A stretch of 64,000 bases of DNA from the NCBI RefSeq assembly GCF_009914755.1, contig NC_060925.1; one strand, written 5' to 3'. A program made the position numbers and the translations under genes. Source of the DNA: the human T2T-CHM13v2.0 reference genome, Homo sapiens. Of the stretch, positions 32,630-54,292 are shown one piece after another (position 1 is the stretch's first letter; every line of letters begins with the position of its first letter). The notes beneath the pieces were generated by a model. That model made no database searches. It worked only from the letters and a program-made list of their open reading frames with translations, and had not been told where the DNA came from.

Positions 32630-34030
32630 AGTGCTATGCTGATGAGTGTCTGAAAAAGTAAAGTATGCAGGTATAGTATAAAGCTTACTGACACAAAGAA
32701 TGTGTAGCACATTCTTTATAAATAATAACAAAATATGCAGGACTCTTTATGGCAAATTTATCATAAATTCCATAGAGCCATTGATTCTCACAGAGGGTTT
32801 TTATTGATTTTTGCCAAACTCTTGTATCCCTAGCCAACTTATGGTAGCAACTGATGAATGTTTCCAACCGGAATACTGGTGGATATATTTGTTTACCTTT
32901 GTGAGTAAGACGAAAGTGAAATGAGAAAGATTTGTATTGGAACCTCACATGTTCATCAATGACATGAGCACCTTCTTTGCTATCATAGTTTATGAATACC
33001 AGAAGAAACTATTGGATAATAGTTTTTGAATATCAGAAGAAAATTTCCTCCATATCTTTTGTGCTACTCATAATGTGATGGCTACAGACATAAAACACTT
33101 TTAAATCTCATCTGTATTACTAATATTTTATCCAACACCTTCCTAAGAATAGACAAGCAACAAAACAAAAAATCAATCCCTGATTTGTAACATTCCCTGA
33201 TTTCTGTGGTGTAAATACTCCCATTAATGCAGAATAGGCAAGCCCCAAAATTGGGACTTAGCCAGGGAGGGTTCTTGGCTTTGCCCAGGAAAGAATTCAA
33301 GGGCAAACCAGCAGTGTGAGACAGCACCTTTTATGGAAGCAACAGTGCACAGTGGCAGGAGCGGGGCTGCTACTTGCTCAGCAGGGCTACCCCATGGGCA
33401 GTGCGCCCAGAGTAGCAGCTCAAAGACAATTCTGCAGTCATATTCATATCCACATTTAATTACACAGAAACGAAGGGGTGGTTTATGCAGAAATTTCCAG
33501 GAAAAGGGTATTACCTTTCAGGTAGTTGGGTCATTGCCATGGAAAGGGGTGGTACCTTTTGGGTGTTGCCATGGCAATGCGAAACTGACATGGCACACTG
33601 GTGGGCGTGTCTTATGAAAAGCTGCTTCCACTGCGGCCCTGTTTTAGCTGGTCCTCAATTTGGTCTGGTGTCTGAGCCAAACCTCCAGAATTGAGTCCCA
33701 CCTCTTACCTCACCATCCTGGCCAATTTCAAGCTTCACTAACACAGAGCCACAGAGAGCTGGGTAGCAGCACATCACTCTACAGCACTGCCAACACACAG
33801 ACGCAGTAGGAAGAATAACTGTAAGAGCACAGATTATCATGAAATATAGTAAAATAATTAGGAGGCTAAGTTTTAAGTATTTATTACTGTTGTTTCTGGT
33901 ATAATTTAATTGTAAGTATATATAATTTATTTTTTAATGGCTGTGTTTATCAGCCAGCTCACAGAATTCTCAACATTTACTCATCGGCTCTCATGAGCCA
34001 GCACCAACAGGCCCCAGCTCTCCTCTGGCA
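32630..34030 (-). mobile_element. MER63-like hAT-Blackjack DNA transposon, split by an LTR
   Basis: ggtgtaaatactcccat | ccatcctggccaatttcaagct rejoin across the LTR; terminal ggctctcatgagccagc. Confidence 0.65.
33225..33712 (-). mobile_element. ERV1 solo LTR, MER66-like, second copy
   Basis: 4-bp TSD ccat (33221-33224 / 33713-33716); colinear with 2488-2945; X-box GTTGCCATGGCAAT at 33565-33578. Confidence 0.78.
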
Positions 34031-34568
34031 CAGCAGTGAGCCAGCTACAGCCCTGCCTGGGGGGAGACTGCAGTTCTCTGAGTGGCATCCAGGGTGCTGC
34101 ACATACCCTGTGACTCAGACTTGCAGGAGGGAACCTATAACGTTCCTGGAAAATCCTGTCCACACATCAATCCTGTCCATGCACCATCTTGGGGATTTTC
34201 ACACCATCTATTTCTCATTTTCATTTTTTAACTCAGAAAATCTATTCTTCATTAGCCAATCATCTAAGATCCTTTTGCAAGTATGGAAAGCAAGTGCAAA
34301 TCATGACTTCAAATGACCTGGAAGCTCCAGGGGCACAGAGTTTGGAGTCAGACAGCATCACCACTTCCAGGCTTCAGGACCTGGGGCAAGTCTCTGAACC
34401 TCACTGAGCTTCTGCTCCTTTAATGCACAAAATGTGGGTAAAAATGCTTCCCCTACCCCAGAGTTATTCTCGTGATTAGATGGGGCCACATATACAAAGG
34501 GCACAGCACAGCCTAGCACCTAGAGCCTTCTCTCCTTGGTGGTTCAAAGCCAAGTGGTAAGAATTGGA

Positions 34569-35045
<477 letters not shown>

Positions 35046-35591
35046 TTAGCGTAATAACACAAGAAACAAGGAGATCATCCGGAAACAATGGATTTGGAGT
35101 TCTCGAGTACATTACTGGTTGGGTGTTTATTCAAGCTGATAGAAATTCAGCCGTGGGTGTGGTCCAGGTGGTTGGCAGCCTGCTATTTTAGACAGTGTGG
35201 GAGAGATCAGGAAAAGCACATGCGGCCTCAAAAATAAACAAAGAAAAAACCACCACGCCACACACCATATGGTCAGAGAGAAAGAAAGAGGAGGAAAGAA
35301 AGAAAGAAAGAGAGTGAAAGAAAGAAGGCACTAGCAAGTATTTTTTAACTAATATTTCTAAGCCAGACTTGTTGATAACTGACCTTGATCCCAAACTCTA
35401 TGTACATTCTAATGTGAGCTCAGCCAGGAGCCAGTTTTTCAGGAGTCTTTTTTTTATGTTTGTTTATCCTCCTCACTGTTTCCTTGTAGTTACCAGCAGC
35501 AATTTCTGAGAAAACCTTGACCTTGCTTATGATAGAGTAGGCCTGTTAAGTAGAGAAGACTGACATTAACCTTCCAACTAAAGCCACCCTA

Positions 35592-35979
<388 letters not shown>

Positions 35980-36129
35980 TTACACATCATGCACTGGCCC
36001 CTTTAGAGACCCTCTCATTAGCACTGTGGGGGCTACAAGTGACAAAACCAGCTCAAACTAGCCTCACAGTACTGAGCAGTTAGTGCAGGGTGCAACGCGA
36101 GCCAGGGCTCAAAACCAGCTTCTCTGTTT

Positions 36130-36878
36130 GTTCATTATGCACAATAGCCAAGAGGTGAATGCAGCCCAAGTGTCCATGGACAGATGAATGGATAAATAAA
36201 ATGTGATCTGTCCATGCAATGGAATATTATTCAGCCATGAAAAGGAAGGACATTCTGACACATGCTACAACATGGGTGAATCCTAAGGACATTGTGCTAA
36301 GTGAAATAAACCAGTCACAAAAGGACAAATGTTGTATGAATCCACTTATATGAGGGACAGAGTATTTAAATTCATAGAAATAGAAGGGGAATGGTGGTTA
36401 CCAGCGGCTCTGAGGAGAGGAGAAGGGAGAGTTATTTAATGAGAATATATTTTCACTTTTGCAAGATGAAAAAGTTCTAGAGATCTGTTTCACAGCCATT
36501 AGACTATACTTAAAAATACTGAACTGTACACCTAAAATGGTTAAGATGGAGAATTTTGTTATGTATTTTTTTACAATTAAACAAAAACCAGACCAGGTGT
36601 TGGGGCTCATGCCTGTAATCCCAGCACTGTTGGAGGCTGAGGCAGGAGGATCACTTCAGCCCAGGAGTTTGTGACTAGCCTGCACAACATGGCAAAACCC
36701 CATTTCTACAAAAAATACAAAATTTAGCTGGGCCTTGTGGCCTGCGTCTATAGTCCAAGCTACTTAGGAGGCTGAGGCAGGAGGATCACCTGAGCCCGGA
36801 AGGTTAGGCTGTAGTGAGCTGTGATTGCACCACTGCACTCCAGCCTGGATGACAGAGTGAGACGCTGTTTCAAAAAAA
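36130..36878 (+). mobile_element. L1MB 3' end (sense) followed by AluJ (36591-36878)
   Basis: atggaatattattcagccatgaaaagg... L1 3' motifs; AluJ dimer. Confidence 0.75.
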
Positions 36879-37677
36879 ATGGAGAAAAGAAAACCACCTT
36901 CCCTCTCTCCACGTCTGGGCTGCACCCCTTGGTGCTGGCTACATTCTCAAGTCCCCAGTTCTCTGTGGCTAGAGATTCTGGTGTCCAGCCTAGTCTCCTT
37001 GGCTCTGATTGGATCACATGCCCCACCCCTGGCCAATCACTATGGCCACTGAATGTGATTTGTTGCTTAGCCCCACCCACAACAATTGGCCGAGAGAGGG
37101 AGGGAGATTTACCCACAATCTCCAAAAGATGCTGAGTGGGTTCTGGCCTGGCCACTGCAGAAGTGTTACCCTTGAGACAGGAGACACGCTCACTCCCATT
37201 AGCACCTGTGCAGTTAGTTGGCATGAGGCACCCTTAACTTAGAGCCCTGCCTACTGAATGTCCTAGCATGAAAGTAGATTCCTCCACCACACCCAATACT
37301 CTCTACCTTTGTGTTCCAGAAGGCTGGAGTAAAACGCATTGGAGTTTGCCCGCTGTCATCTTCAGCCCATTCATTCAATGAGTACTTATTAAACCCATAG
37401 GAAAAGGTCATGGGAATGAGTGAGGCAAGACAGCCCTGAGGATGGGGAAGGACATGATGGACGGAGAAGTCAGCCCAGGGCAGGGGCACAGTGGCTCAGC
37501 TTCTGAAACCAAAGAATGGAAAAGAGGGTAGGTGGAGAGGCTGAGATGTTGACAGTGGAGAGAAATGGGAAACTACACGTAAGGTAACAGAGTTCTGGAA
37601 CTCGGCCCAGACCCACTCCTGAAAACAGACTTCAAGTGGGCCAGTGTCATTTGAATGCCTGGCCAGGTGTCCCCAGA

Positions 37678-38057
37678 TGTATTAGTCCATTCTCACACTG
37701 CTATAAGGACATACCAGAGACTGTGTAATTTAAAAACGAACAGGTTTAATTGACTCACAGTTCCCCAGGGCTGGGGAGGCCTCAGGAAACTTACAATCAT
37801 GGCAGAAGGGGAAGCAAACGTGTCCTTCCTCACATGGCGGCAGCAAGGAGAAGTGCAGAGCAAGGGGGTGGGGAAAGCCCATTATAAAACCATCAGATCT
37901 TACAAGAAGTCACTCATTATCACGAGAGCAGCATGGAGGTAACTGCCCCCATGATTCCATTACCTCCCACCAGGTCCCTCCCAGTCCGTCCTAAGGGGAT
38001 TTTGGGAACTACAGTTCAAGATGAGATTTGGGTGGGGCACAGCCAAACCATGTATCA
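37678..38057 (-). mobile_element. THE1C-like solo LTR
   Basis: tgtattagtcc...agccaaaccatgtatca; TSD ccag(a/g). Confidence 0.85.
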
Positions 38058-39238
38058 CCAGGTGATCGGAGTTTGGTGCCAGATTTCCCAGAACACTCCT
38101 CACTGACTCCAAGAAAGAGCCTTAGGGGGAATGCATAGGATCCCTGAGCAGCTGTAGACAGACTGCAGCTTGGAGATTAGGATCCTGAGTGGAGAGCCCT
38201 CCTTTTCAATGAAACCCAGCTGAAGTTCTAGGAAGTGCTGTCTGCTGGAGCTCTGATTTTGGAAGCATTCTGTCCTTTTCCTCATTGTGTGTGTCTGAGC
38301 TCATCTTCTCTCTGGGCTACAGAAGGAGAACCATGAGCCCTGGGAAAATAGGGATGAGTTCTATTCTAGGAAGCAAACCTTTGAATTTAGCTCTTACCTG
38401 GAAAGCATTATTTCTGCCAAGACAATTGGGAGACAGAGGAGGGGAAAGAGAGAGAGAGAGAAGAAGGAGAGGCCATCAGATCTTGATCCCAGTTCCCTGT
38501 CCACCACTGCCTGTGCTGGGTAAATCCCTTAACCTCTCCAAGCCTCACTTCTAACAGGAATAAGGAGAACCCTCACACAAAGGGTCATGGTGAGGAATCA
38601 ATAAGCTCGGTGCAATAAGTGATAGTGCTCATCAGTGCCACCTTCAACCACTAGGCACCAGGGAGAAACCACCACTAAAGCATTAATCCACGGCAAAAGC
38701 CAGGTGTCAGCACCACTCCACGTTTGCTCATCCACGGTTAGATGGATTTTGACATGCTCTCCACTGAAAGCAGCTGGAGCATCTTCCCCGGGGCCTCTGC
38801 CAGAATCAGCTGTGCTGGTGTGGAAAAGCAAAGGCTAATCAGACAGTCAGTGTCCCTGCAATCCCAGAGCTCTGAACTTTGAGGGATAGAGGGACCCACA
38901 GTATGGACAGAAAGAGAAAAGGCTGTGGAGTCCCAGGGAGCTGGGCTGGAATCTCAGTGATTGGCTTGTTCTGTTATTTTGACCAACATTTGAGGACCTA
39001 CTAGGTATGTGCCAAGCATTTATTCTAGGGGCTGAGGATACAGTGGTAAGGTAGATGAAAAGTCCCTAATCCCTTAGAGGGGACATTCTCCTGACTCAGC
39101 AGATCAATACCACGTCTGTGGGTGTTCAGAGTCCCTTGTTCTTGCCTGGCCTGTGTCCTCCGAGTGTTGATATCACAGAGTGTTGAGTGTATTAAATGAG
39201 TTAATGCAGGTGACTCTTTCGGCAAGATGCCTGGGTAA

Positions 39239-39657
<419 letters not shown>

Positions 39658-39672
39658 GGAAGTGACTCATAA

Positions 39673-40143
<471 letters not shown>

Positions 40144-41064
40144 TAAAAAATGAAAATAAATTCAGGATAAGCAGAAAGTAAGAAAACAGTTAAAAAATCA
40201 GCCGTAATCCTTATCCCCAGGGTCTCCCTATTGACTCTCTGCTGCGTATCCCTCCAGCCTCTGTGCTGTGTCCGTATACACACACCAGGGCACCTGCAGT
40301 GGGTGTGGCCTCTGTGTGTGTGTACATATGAGTGTGTCATGGGATCACGTCAACACACTTTGACTCAGTTGTGCAAAAATATTAGTAATTGCAATCCCCT
40401 TTGCCCCCAACAGCCCTAGGAGCTTTTAAAATATTTTACCACCATTTTACAGGTCAGAGGAGAGTGACACTTACCAGGAAGATGACTTCTCCCGAGGAAG
40501 TGTATTCAGTCCCGTCTAATCTAATGTTTTTCAGTCCCATTTAAAGGCTGGTGAGCTCGGTGACAGCCCACTCACAACCTGGTCACTCTGGGACACACAC
40601 AACCTTCAGGGTGTCCTTCCTTCCCCACTACCCCCTTGAAAGCCTCATGGCACTTGGGGAGGAAACTTCCCATCTGTCACTGTCCTCTTGGCCTCAGCAG
40701 CCTCACCAGCAGAAGAGCTGGTCAGTTTAGTCCCCAGGCATGGTTCCCAGAGTTCCTCCCTAGCCTATGGCATCAAGGTCCCATTTTCTGTCCTCTTTGT
40801 CCCAGCCCCAGGCCCTTCGGAGTCCCCAGACATCTCCCAGCGGCTTCCATATCTTTTTCCGGTCTTGCTCAAGACCATTCATGTAGTCACCTTCCTCAGT
40901 CACTAAAATCATTATTACTGTGACATACGCAAGCTGAAGAGTAAAGGCCATGTGTCTCCACGGTTTACATCATCATCACCGTCATCATCAAATGCACCAC
41001 CACATACCTACCACCCACACTGAGAAATGACTCAGCCATTTTCCCCCAACATTTTAATATGAAC

Positions 41065-41751
41065 TTTTTTTTTTTTTTTTGGACGGAGTCTCCCTCTGTT
41101 GCCCAGGCTGGAGTGCAGTGGCAGGATTTCGGCAGTGGTGCCATCTCAGCGCACTGCAAGCTCCGCCTTCTGGGTTCACGCCATTCTCCTGCCTCAGCCT
41201 CCCGAGTAGCTGGGACTACAGGCTCCTGCCACTATACCCGGCTAATTTTTTGTTTTTGTATTTTTAGTAGAGATGGGGTTTCACCATGTTAGCCAGGATG
41301 GTCTTGATCTCCTGACCTTGTGATCCGCCCACCTCGGCCTCCCAAAGTGCTGGGATTACAGACATGAGCCACTGCGCCCAGCCTTAATATGAACATTTTT
41401 TAAACATACAGCAAAGTAAAAATAATTTTACAGTGACCCCCTCCCCACCTAAATCTACCATTAACATTTTACTATACTCTTTTTTTTTTTTTTTTTTCTT
41501 GAGACAGAGTCTCACTCTATTGCCCAAGCTGGAGTTCACCTTCTGGGTTCAAGCGGTTCTCCTGCCTCAGCCTCCCAAGTAGCTGGGATTACAGGCACAC
41601 ACCACCATGTTCAGCTAATTTTTGTATTTTCAGTAGAGACGAGGTTTTGCCATGTTGGCCAGGCTGGTCTCAAACTCCTGACCTCAAGTGATCTGCCCAC
41701 CTTGGCCTCCAAAGTGCTGGGATTACAGGTGTGAGCCAACCACGCCTGGCC
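41065..41751 (-). mobile_element. Two antisense Alus: AluY with short internal duplication (41065-41383) and AluS with internal deletion (41480-41751)
   Basis: TSDs ttaatatgaac and catttt(a/g)ctatactct. Confidence 0.85.
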
Positions 41752-41940
41752 CATTTTGCTATACTCTTATTGTATATCTCTCTATCAATCATTTTGTGAA
41801 TTCATTAATTCATCTTAATTTTAGATACATTTTAAAATAAGTTTCCTACAGCTGTAGACTTCCCCCTAAACATTTAGCACGTATACCATTAACTGGAGTT
41901 CAACAGTTTTTGTCTTTTTGTGTAAAATTAACATACGGTG

Positions 41941-43480
<1,540 letters not shown>

Positions 43481-43644
43481 CTGCCACTCAATGAAATGCA
43501 CAGATCTTGAGTGAACACTCACTACGTTTTGACAATTGTATACACTTGTGTAACCCAAACCCCTGTCAAGAACATCACCATCATCCCAGGAAGCTCCCTC
43601 AGGTCCCTTCCAAGTCAGTTCCCAACCCTTGCCCCCAGAGGTAA

Positions 43645-44130
<486 letters not shown>

Positions 44131-44699
44131 TTATCATTGAGTCACATTCCATGGATGTATCACAGATTTCTTTATCCATTCGTCCATTGGTAGACACAGA
44201 TGCTGTTTCTTTCTTTTTTCACTCAGTCTTTGATGAGTAGATTTCTCCACCTGTTTCTCCAGTGCCATGTTGAACTTGGGAAGTGAGTGAGCCATGAACG
44301 GTCCTAAGGCTTTGAGGCCCTCAGATCTGCCTGGGCGTCACCACTGCAGCCTCCCACCGGGGTGTCATCTGGGTGGGGAAGGCACCATGATGTCCGCTCC
44401 CAAACTTCCACCGTGTTTCCCTGATGCGGAGAGGGGCTTCCATCTTCCTGTAGTGAGGAGTTCCCCTGTGTCAGACCCGGGCCTCTCTGCTCCAGGCTTA
44501 GGAGAACACTTCCGGCTCCAGGCCTCCAGGTTGGCTCTCCATTGAAAGCACCGAGTTTTGAGGAATCTGAGGAAGCCCTTTCCTCTCTTAACAAGGCTGG
44601 ACTCTTCAAACAAAATGGTTTTGCCTTTAGACCATTGCTTTGCTTTCGATTTGAAAAATTCTATTTGGAAACGCAAAGCCAAGGACTTACTTATTCTAG

Positions 44700-45220
<521 letters not shown>

Positions 45221-45619
45221 CTTGGTGGTGCTCGCCCTTCTCCTCGAACAGGCAGTAAGGCCGCAGCTCTAAGGCCGAATCTTAATGGCAAAGCTCATAC
45301 AGGTGAGGGAGGAAGAATTAGAATGGAGAATGGAAATGCGTGGGGTGATTTTTAAAGATACCATCCTGATTTATATATACTGTAAGTAATGGAATAATGA
45401 TGAGATTGTTTGACCCTAACACTGGTATCCTACTTTTTAAAACGTAACACTGCATCATGAAGGTCAATATATTTACTGCATAATGGTTATGAGTACAGGC
45501 TCTGGATCAGGCAAACTTGAGTTCAAATCTTGACTCTATCACTCACCAGCTGTGGGACCTTCAGCAAGTACTTGACATCCCTGTGCCTCAGTTCCCTCAC
45601 TTACAAAATATGATATGAA

Positions 45620-46322
45620 TGTCATGTCACTAGTTGTTATGCTGTATTTTTATTGTTGTATTGTTATTTTTTATTGGGTTTTTAAGAAGTATTTTTGGCC
45701 AGGCATAGTGGCTCCCATCTGTAATCCCAGCACTTTGGGAGGCTGAGACAGGAGGATCACTTAAGCTTAGAGGTTTGAGACCAACTTGGATAACATAGCA
45801 AGATCCTGTCTCTACAAAAAATTAAAAATTAGCCAAGCACGGTAGCATGCACCTGTAGTCACAACTACTTGGGAGCCTGAAGTGGGAAGATCAATTGAGC
45901 CCAGGAGGTCAAGGCTGCAGTGATCCATGATCATGCTACTGCACTCTAGCCTGGGTGACAGAGCGAGACCCTGTCTGTCTGTGTGTGTGTCTCTCTCTCT
46001 AAACATATATATATATATACACACATACTCATACATATATATTTTCAATCCACAGTTGGTTGACTCCACAAATGTGGAACCCACACATATGGGGGGCCAG
46101 CTGTATCTATTTCTTGTTATAAATCCCAATATCACAGAACCAGACATAAATAAGGCTTCGAGGGCCATACAGTCTGTGTTGCAACTACTCAACTCTGTGT
46201 TTGTGGCACAGAAGCAGCCATAGATGATACATATGTGAATAACTGTGGCCACATTCCAGTAAAACTGTACTTTCAGTCATAGGCTGGATTCAGCCCCAGG
46301 GCTGTAGTTTGCCAGTCCCTGC
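45620..46322. mobile_element. MER2/Tigger remnant with AluJ (45698-45980, +) and MER58-like remnant
   Basis: aatccacagttggttga...gggccagctg; ...gtagtttgccagtccctg. Confidence 0.6.
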
Positions 46323-46482
46323 TCTACCTAACGTTTCGTTTACTCTTCACAGTAGCCCTTTATGATAGAGACTATTCATGCCCCTAAATGATATGTGTGG
46401 AAACTAAGGCTGAAAGAGATTAAATGACCTGCCCGAGAGATTAAACGATCTGCCCAAGATCACCAGCTCTTCTGTGGCATAG

Positions 46483-46922
<440 letters not shown>

Positions 46923-47040
46923 TTTAATTTTTAAATTACATAAAATATCAATCTCTGGGGGGAAACAAACAGGAAGGCTAACGTGAACATCTTCTTCAGG
47001 CCTCAGGGAAACTCATGATGTCTTTTGTGCTCTCTGCTGA

Positions 47041-47361
<321 letters not shown>

Positions 47362-48163
47362 TGAGCTGGACTGTGTCCTGTGCACTTAACATTCATTCAC
47401 TCATTTAATCTTTGCTGTCTTCAAAATAGGTTTTTTAAATCACCATCACTTAACAATGAGGAAACCGGAGCTCAGAGAGTTTAAGTAACTTGCCCAAGGT
47501 TGCACAGTAAAAGGGGCAGAATTGAGATTCACACCCAGGTCTGGTTAACTTCCCTAGTGGGAGGAAGTGAGAGCTGAGGTCAGAGATGACTAAGCAAATG
47601 AGAAAGACTTGTTAAAGAACCAGAGAGGTTTAGGGAGTGAGACAGGAAGAGAGGTCAGAACAGATAAATTGAAGCAAACTTGGGAAGGATGGATCCAGGT
47701 TGATTTTGCCTCACTTAGCCACAACCTGAAAATTATATGATAATCGACTACTTTTGCACCAACCTAATACTAAAAGCAATGATCCACAATGCCTTGCTTC
47801 CCCTAAAGATCAGGGCCTGACCTTGCAGCCATTCTCAGAGTCTGTAAGGAGCAGAACCACCTGGAGCTCTTGTCACACACGGGAGTGACATGTCCAGGAA
47901 TCTGCAGCAATGGTGAGTAAGGTGGGAAGTCAGGTTTGGATGCTCTGTCAGTTACCCACTGCTGTAAACAAGCCAGCCCAAAACTTAGTGGCTTAAAACA
48001 GCAATTTATTTCCCACAATTCTATGGGTTGCCTTGGAAGGTTCTCCTGCTGGTGTCTTCTGCCTCACTCATGCAACTGCAGTCAGCCGGTGGCGTGGCAG
48101 GGGCTGATGGTCTCAGAAGTCCTCATTCCCATGTCTGGGACCTCGGTTGGGACACCTGGAATT

Positions 48164-48855
48164 AGTTTTTTTGCTTGTTTGTTATTTTTTTTTAGTTTCT
48201 TCCCACAGATTTATTTTTTTAAGTTTTTATAGAGTTTTTATTAGTTTTCTTTTTTTTAATTTTTCCATAAGTTATTGCGGTATAGGTGGTATTTGGTTAC
48301 ATGAGTAAACTAGTACAGCCAATATGGAAAACAGCATGGAGATGCCTTAAAGAACTAAAAACAGAGCCACCATTTGATCCGGCAATCCCACCACTGGGTA
48401 TCTACCCAGAGGAAAAACAGTCATTATTCAAAAAAGATACTTGCACATGCCTGTTAATAGCAGCACAATTCACAATTGCAAAATCATGGAACCAATCCAA
48501 ATGCCCATCAATCAACGAGTGGATAAAGAAACTGTGGTATATATATTCAATGGAATACTATGCAGCCATAAAAAGGAATGAATTTACAGCATTTGCAATG
48601 ACCTGGATGAGACTGGAAACTATTATCCTAAGTGAAGTAACTCAGGAATGGAAAACCAAACATCGTATGTTCTCACTGATATGTGGGAGCTAAGCTATGA
48701 GGACGCAAAGGCATAAGAGTGATGCAGTAGACTTTGGGGATTTAGGGAGAAGAGTGGGAGCAGGGCAAGGGATAAAAGTCTACAAATATGATGCAGTGTA
48801 TACTGCCTAGGTGATAGGTGTACCAAAATCTCACCACTAAAAATCACCACTAAAG
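48164..48855 (-). mobile_element. L1PB-type element with 5' inversion (twin priming), inserted in an MLT1 LTR
   Basis: Degenerate T tail + short antisense 3' end to 48308, then sense ORF2 end/3'UTR; TSD gacac(c/t)tggaatt. Confidence 0.85.
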
Positions 48856-49257
48856 GACACTTGGAATTTGAGCCCTCTCTGCACATAGTTTTTCATCCTG
48901 GGCTTCTTCATAGCAGTGCAGTGGCCTCTGGGTTTCCAGAGGGCCAGGACAGAAGCTGTACAGCCTCTTAAGAACTTGCTTGGAGACCACCCAATATCAT
49001 GTCTATCACTTTTTCTTGGTCAAAGCAGATCACAGGGCCAGCCTAGATTTAGGGGCTGGGGAAAATAGACTCCACTGCTTGATGGCAGAAGCTGCAAAGT
49101 TATTTGTAGCCATTTTTAATCCACCACAGTTGTTAAGCTGGAAATAGGATCCAACCACGTTTCTAAATTTTTACTATTTATGAAATATTTATGCCCTGAC
49201 TTGTCAGGACTCCTTCAAGTGCAAGTGACAATAAACAAATTGATTTAAGAAAAAATA

Positions 49258-49612
49258 GGCTGTGCTCAGTGGCTCGCGCCTGTAATCCCAGCACTTTGGG
49301 AGGCCAAGCAGGAGGATCACTTGAGCCCAGGAGTTCAAGCCCAGCCTGGGCAACATAGTAAGACTCGATTTCTGCAAAAAAAAAAACAAAAACAAAAAAC
49401 AAACAACAACAACAAAAAAACGAGCCACCCATAGTGGAACTTGCCTATAGCCCCAGCTACTAGGGAGGCTGAGGTGGGAGCATCACTTGAGCCCAGGGGA
49501 TCAAGGCTGCAGTGAGCTGTGATTGCACCACTGTGCTCCAGCCTGGGTGACAGAGCAAGACCCTGTCTCAAAAAAAAAAAAAAAAAAGGAAAAAAAAAAA
49601 AAGAAAGAAAGA
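49258..49612 (+). mobile_element. AluJ within MLT1 remnant
   Basis: Alu dimer with expanded A-rich linker and tail. Confidence 0.85.
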
Positions 49613-51053
49613 AAGCATTTATTGTCTTATCTTATTGGAAAATGTAAAAGCCAACCAGCTTCAGGCATGACTGGATCCAGGAGCTTGAATGATCAGCTTC
49701 CCCTCCCCCGCTATCAGTTTCTCCACTGTTTCCCTCATAGTTTTGCTTTTGCAGCAGGCTGGCTTCTTATGTTGGAAAACATGACTGTAGACAAACTGAA
49801 GTCTGTAAGTTTAAAGTTTATGATCCAAAAGGAAGCAAGAGCTTCTTCCTCTTTTAAGTAATACATGAAATCTCTGAGAAAATGCCAATTGACCAGGCTG
49901 GGTCAATTGCAGGTGGGACAGGAAGGCAGGTGGGACAGGAAGGATCAGGGCACATAACTGACCCTCCTACCAAGACCGTGTGGAAGGGTCAGGGGTGCTC
50001 CCTCAAGGAAGTCACAGGGTCCCCACCAGAAAGGCAGGAACCATAGCTGTGCACCATAAGCTGCAGGCTTCTCTGTACTTCAGTGCCCAGCACAAGCGTG
50101 GCACACAGTAGATGCTCAATACATGTTTGTTGTGTGGATATTGAACAAACACCTGGCTGGAAATGGAGCCCTCGGGTAACTCATATTGGATAAGGCAAAG
50201 GGCTGCCCCAGAGCATGGACTCTGTTTGAGGCTGTCCTTTGAAATGTTGCCACAAGCACTCACAGGGACCCAATGACAGACCCTGGTCAGCAGTTGGGCT
50301 CCATCATGACCAAAACCCTGTGGTTCCCCAGGTTAGCAAGCTAGAAGGTCGAGCTCTCCAGGCAATGAGCTGGCCTAGAAACTGCCCACCCGCTTCCTTC
50401 CCACCAGTGGAAAATTGCATGGAGAGCAGTTTCCTCTCAAAGTAACTGATCAGGAACTCTGTAGCTGCCTATGAATCACATCGGGGAATTTTTGTTCTCA
50501 ATCTTCCTGATATTTTATTGATGCGTTCTGGTGAGAAGTTTGGGGGATTTTTTCCCCCTTTTTTGGGAAACCTAACAAATTCTTCGGCTACGGTGCTTTT
50601 TCTTTTGGAGAGATGGGGGACTGGGTTAATGATACCTGTGGGTACAGCCTGCCAAGCCCAAAGTTTTTTCCAGCCTGAAATTTACAAGAGCCTATATACA
50701 TAAATCACCATTCCCCTCTCATTTATTTTTCATGACTCAGTTACCTGGAATAAATTTTTATGTGAATAACCAAAAGAGCCAGGGAATAACAGAAGAGAGG
50801 AAAGGGGAAAAGCTATTTCAGAATGTATTAAATTTGTAAAGTTAAATAGCCCCATTATAGTCAGAATGTGGTTGAATAGAGTCATTTCCTTAATTACCTT
50901 TCCTTCGTCCCCAGATGTTAGACTGAGGCCTGGTAAGTTGATTCCTAAAAATATTATAAATAAACTTTTTGGCAACAAAAATTCCCAAGTGGGATGGTGG
51001 TTCTTAATATGAAAGTATAATTTTAGGGGAAAGGAAAGTTTCTGTCGCTCTAA

Positions 51054-51823
<770 letters not shown>

Positions 51824-52115
51824 TGAGAGGTACAGCACAGCTCTCAGGCCAAGGCCCGGGAGGCCCCAGGACCACCAACCAAGGTGAGCCACCCAGAGTT
51901 AGGGAACGCGTGGTCAGTGGAGCATGGTGGTTAAGAACACAAATCCACAAGACTGGGAGATTCGGCAGTTTCCTAGCATGGTAAGAACAAGATCAGCCTT
52001 TGTTCAGCACTGGCCATGTGCAAGAACTAGTGCAAAGCGCTTTAGATTAACTTATTTAAACCTCACAATCCTCTGACACATCCATTCTACAGATGAAGGG
52101 TCTAAGGCAGGCCCA

Positions 52116-54292
<2,177 letters not shown>

